A DNA stretch of 54,317 bases from Candidatus Omnitrophota bacterium (GTDB lineage: Bacteria; Omnitrophota; Gorgyraeia; Gorgyraeales; Gorgyraeaceae): positions 1 to 54,317 of the forward strand of contig JBDRBM010000016.1 of assembly GCA_043822665.1 (NCBI GenBank). Reading direction: 5' to 3'. The position numbers and the translations under genes were made by a program. The notes under the pieces are model-generated. The model was not told the DNA's origin. It made no database searches and was given only the letters and a program-made list of their open reading frames with translations. Below are positions 52,547 to 54,317 of the stretch, in pieces (positions within the stretch are counted from its first letter, which is position 1; every line of letters starts with the position of its first letter).

Positions 52547-53512
52547 ATGCGTCATTTAATAACATTAATAATATGCGTATTTATTATAGTACCAGCGCTT
52601 TACGCTGATACTATAATCATGAAAGACAAAACAAAACTAAAGGGACTTGTTGTTGATGAATACAGCGACAGGATTACATTGAGCACAGTAGATGGAGAAA
52701 AAAATATCTTTAGAAAAGACATAGACAGGATTGAGTATGATACGCCAGAGCAGAATCTTATGCAACTCGGGAGATCCTATGAATCAAAAGGATGGCACGA
52801 CAAGGCCGCGTTTTATTATAAAAAGGCAATGGAGCTGAACCCTGGCTATAAAGAGGCAAGAGAGTCATATCTTGCCTGCCATGCTAAGGTATGGCGGCAG
52901 GAAGAAAGGATGGCGAAAAAAGAACTTGAGCGTACTGCAATGGCAATGGACTGGTGGAAAAATAAAAATAATAAAACAAAACCAGCAACTAAAAATAAGA
53001 CAGTTTTATTGAATAGCACCCTTGGAATGTCTTTGGCCAAAGAAGGAGACATTTTTAGAATAACAGATGTCAGGTCTTATTCCAGCGCGGATAAGGCAGG
53101 GATGCGTAAAGGCGATATCCTTGCGGGCATATGGCATAAGCTCATACGTTATAAAGATACAGATGAGGTTGTTGATGAATTGCTAGGCCCGAGATATTCA
53201 GAGGTAAAGGTACTATTAGAAAGAGATGTAGTTATTCCGACGGAATCCAATTATGACGATCTTCTTAAAGAGATAGGCATTGCATTAGGGGTTGAATATG
53301 AAGGCCTGATAATAAAAGATATTGTAGAGGGTAAGATTGGAGGGGCTCTTGGACTTAAAAAAGGAGATTATGTTCTGGCTATAGACAAAAATATTACAAG
53401 ATATTTATCGTTGGATAGCGTTATAGCCCTCATAAACAGCGCCAAAAATAATAAAGAGATCGTGTTTACTATCAGAAGAGACGTTAATTTAAGAAGAGAA
53501 GGTGAGCTATGA
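52547..53512 (+). CDS. secreted TPR and PDZ domain protein
   Basis: Signal peptide, one TPR-like segment (GWHDKAAFYYKKAMELNP), and two PDZ-like segments (ADKAGMRKGDILAGI; GALGLKKGDYVLAIDK). Confidence 0.6.
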   Translation: MRHLITLIICVFIIVPALYADTIIMKDKTKLKGLVVDEYSDRITLSTVDGEKNIFRKDIDRIEYDTPEQNLMQLGRSYESKGWHDKAAFYYKKAMELNPGYKEARESYLACHAKVWRQEERMAKKELERTAMAMDWWKNKNNKTKPATKNKTVLLNSTLGMSLAKEGDIFRITDVRSYSSADKAGMRKGDILAGIWHKLIRYKDTDEVVDELLGPRYSEVKVLLERDVVIPTESNYDDLLKEIGIALGVEYEGLIIKDIVEGKIGGALGLKKGDYVLAIDKNITRYLSLDSVIALINSAKNNKEIVFTIRRDVNLRREGEL

Positions 53513-54114
53513 CAATAGAGAAAACTTTTAGAAGAAAGACGTTTATAATAAAAAAGGGCTTACAGCTTAGGTACATAGGCCTTGTCTTTACGCTAGCCTT
53601 CCTGGCATCAATTGTTGCGGGATACACTGTATTTACTACGGGTTGGACCTTATTTGGGGAGAAGCTTGCCAATGTATATCCGCAAGGGCGGCTTATATAT
53701 ACTTTCAGGGCTATAAATCTGGCCCTCCTAAGAAATCTTTTGTTTGTATCACCGCTTATTTTTATACTAGGGCTTTTATTCTCTCATAAGATCGCCGGCC
53801 CTGTATATAGAATAGAAAAAAGCTTGCATGAAATTACAAAAGGTAATCTGGCTCTGAGGATTAAGCTAAGAAAAGGCGATGAACTGGGGGATTTGGCCTA
53901 TTTATTAAACGCCATGACTGAAAGTTTGAATAATAGCATAAGTTTAAATAAAGAGGTTATACTGAATCTACAAAAAGAGATAGAGGATGCAAAAAAGGTT
54001 ATTTCAAAACAACCCTTGGACATAGATCTTTTACAGGCCTCCCTGAATAATCTTCACGCAAAGATTGAAGAGATGAAAACTTCCCTGAGTAAGTGGACAA
54101 CAACACCTGCATAA
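53509..54114 (+). CDS. membrane protein with HAMP domain
   Basis: Two TM helices, then a HAMP-like segment IAGPVYRIEKSLHEITKGNLALRIKLRKGDELGDLAYLLNAMTESL and a short coiled coil. No output domain. Confidence 0.6.
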   Translation: MTIEKTFRRKTFIIKKGLQLRYIGLVFTLAFLASIVAGYTVFTTGWTLFGEKLANVYPQGRLIYTFRAINLALLRNLLFVSPLIFILGLLFSHKIAGPVYRIEKSLHEITKGNLALRIKLRKGDELGDLAYLLNAMTESLNNSISLNKEVILNLQKEIEDAKKVISKQPLDIDLLQASLNNLHAKIEEMKTSLSKWTTTPA

Positions 54115-54190
54115 CCTCTTTCGCGGGAATGACAAGATCGCGGTATATCCCCCGTTAACTCACTCCTTACCTCCCCCAATCTGTTCAATA

Positions 54191-54219
54191 TTGACAATAA
54201 CCTTATGATTTGATATACT
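54191..54219 (+). promoter_or_regulatory. sigma70-type promoter
   Basis: ttgaca (54191-54196), 17-nt spacer, tatact (54214-54219). Confidence 0.55.
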
Positions 54220-54228
54220 GACACACAA

Positions 54229-54317
54229 ATGCGCGTATGCCACGTTATAACAAAACCTGAGCTTGGCGGTGCACAACTTTCCACGTTAAATATTGTCTCC
54301 AGCCTTTCCGCAAGAGA
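54229..54317 (+). CDS. partial CDS, probable GT4-type glycosyltransferase N-terminus (runs off the window)
   Basis: ATG at 54229. The translation MRVCHVITKPELGGAQLSTLNIVSSLSAR resembles the hVi..l..GGAq N-terminus of group 1 glycosyltransferases. Open to the window end. Confidence 0.4.
   Translation, partial: MRVCHVITKPELGGAQLSTLNIVSSLSAR

Noticed and set aside
52381-52608. 75-aa plus-strand ORF
   Set aside because: Its first two-thirds lie inside the RNase P RNA (3' hairpins, the P4 3' strand and P1), and it overlaps the start of the TPR-PDZ gene.

Overview
This is a 54.3-kb, AT-leaning bacterial chromosomal window. Diderm hallmarks are present: a secretin, a TolQ/TolR/TonB-C module and a GT9 heptosyltransferase-like gene. 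The source is probably an uncultured lineage. Every gene I can support lies on the + strand. Gene order: dapA-dapB-dapL; folK; panC-panD; nadA-nadX; two mini-ORFs; a GT-C-like membrane/TPR protein; an M20 peptidase; uvrA; a rod-like ~180-nt structured element; a giant TPR protein with tolQ/tolR/TonB-C-like genes; three small unknown proteins. Next comes a type IV pilus locus: HTH gene, pilM-pilN fusion, pilO, pilP-like, pilQ secretin, pilB, pilC, three pilins, pilT, two minor pilins and a further pilin. It continues with tRNA-Ala; rsmE; a glycoconjugate island (GT-C+TPR proteins, GT2, SAM methyltransferase, B12-radical SAM, GT9); mtaB; cvpA; a NIF3-like gene; dnaG-rpoD; a metallophosphoesterase; a lipoprotein; tRNA(CAT) and tRNA-Val; a COG1579 Zn-ribbon protein; RNase HI; an unusually long RNase P RNA; TPR-PDZ and HAMP proteins; and a partial GT4 at the window edge. 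I found no CRISPR array, transposase, integrase or recognisable defence genes. The most unusual content is non-coding. (1) A MITE/REP-like composite palindrome family has 5 copies, and one copy supplies the stop codon of a CDS. (2) Heptad-periodic inverted-repeat hairpins of at least two sequence families sit in intercistronic gaps directly against start codons. (3) tRNA-Ala has strongly structured flanks. (4) The 3' end of tRNA(CAT) is duplicated over 26 nt. (5) A gene 3' end plus its terminator is duplicated around a promoter. The main protein-level candidates are the pilus locus and the adjacent GT-C/TPR glycosylation island. All functional calls rest on motif recognition by eye; no database search was run.
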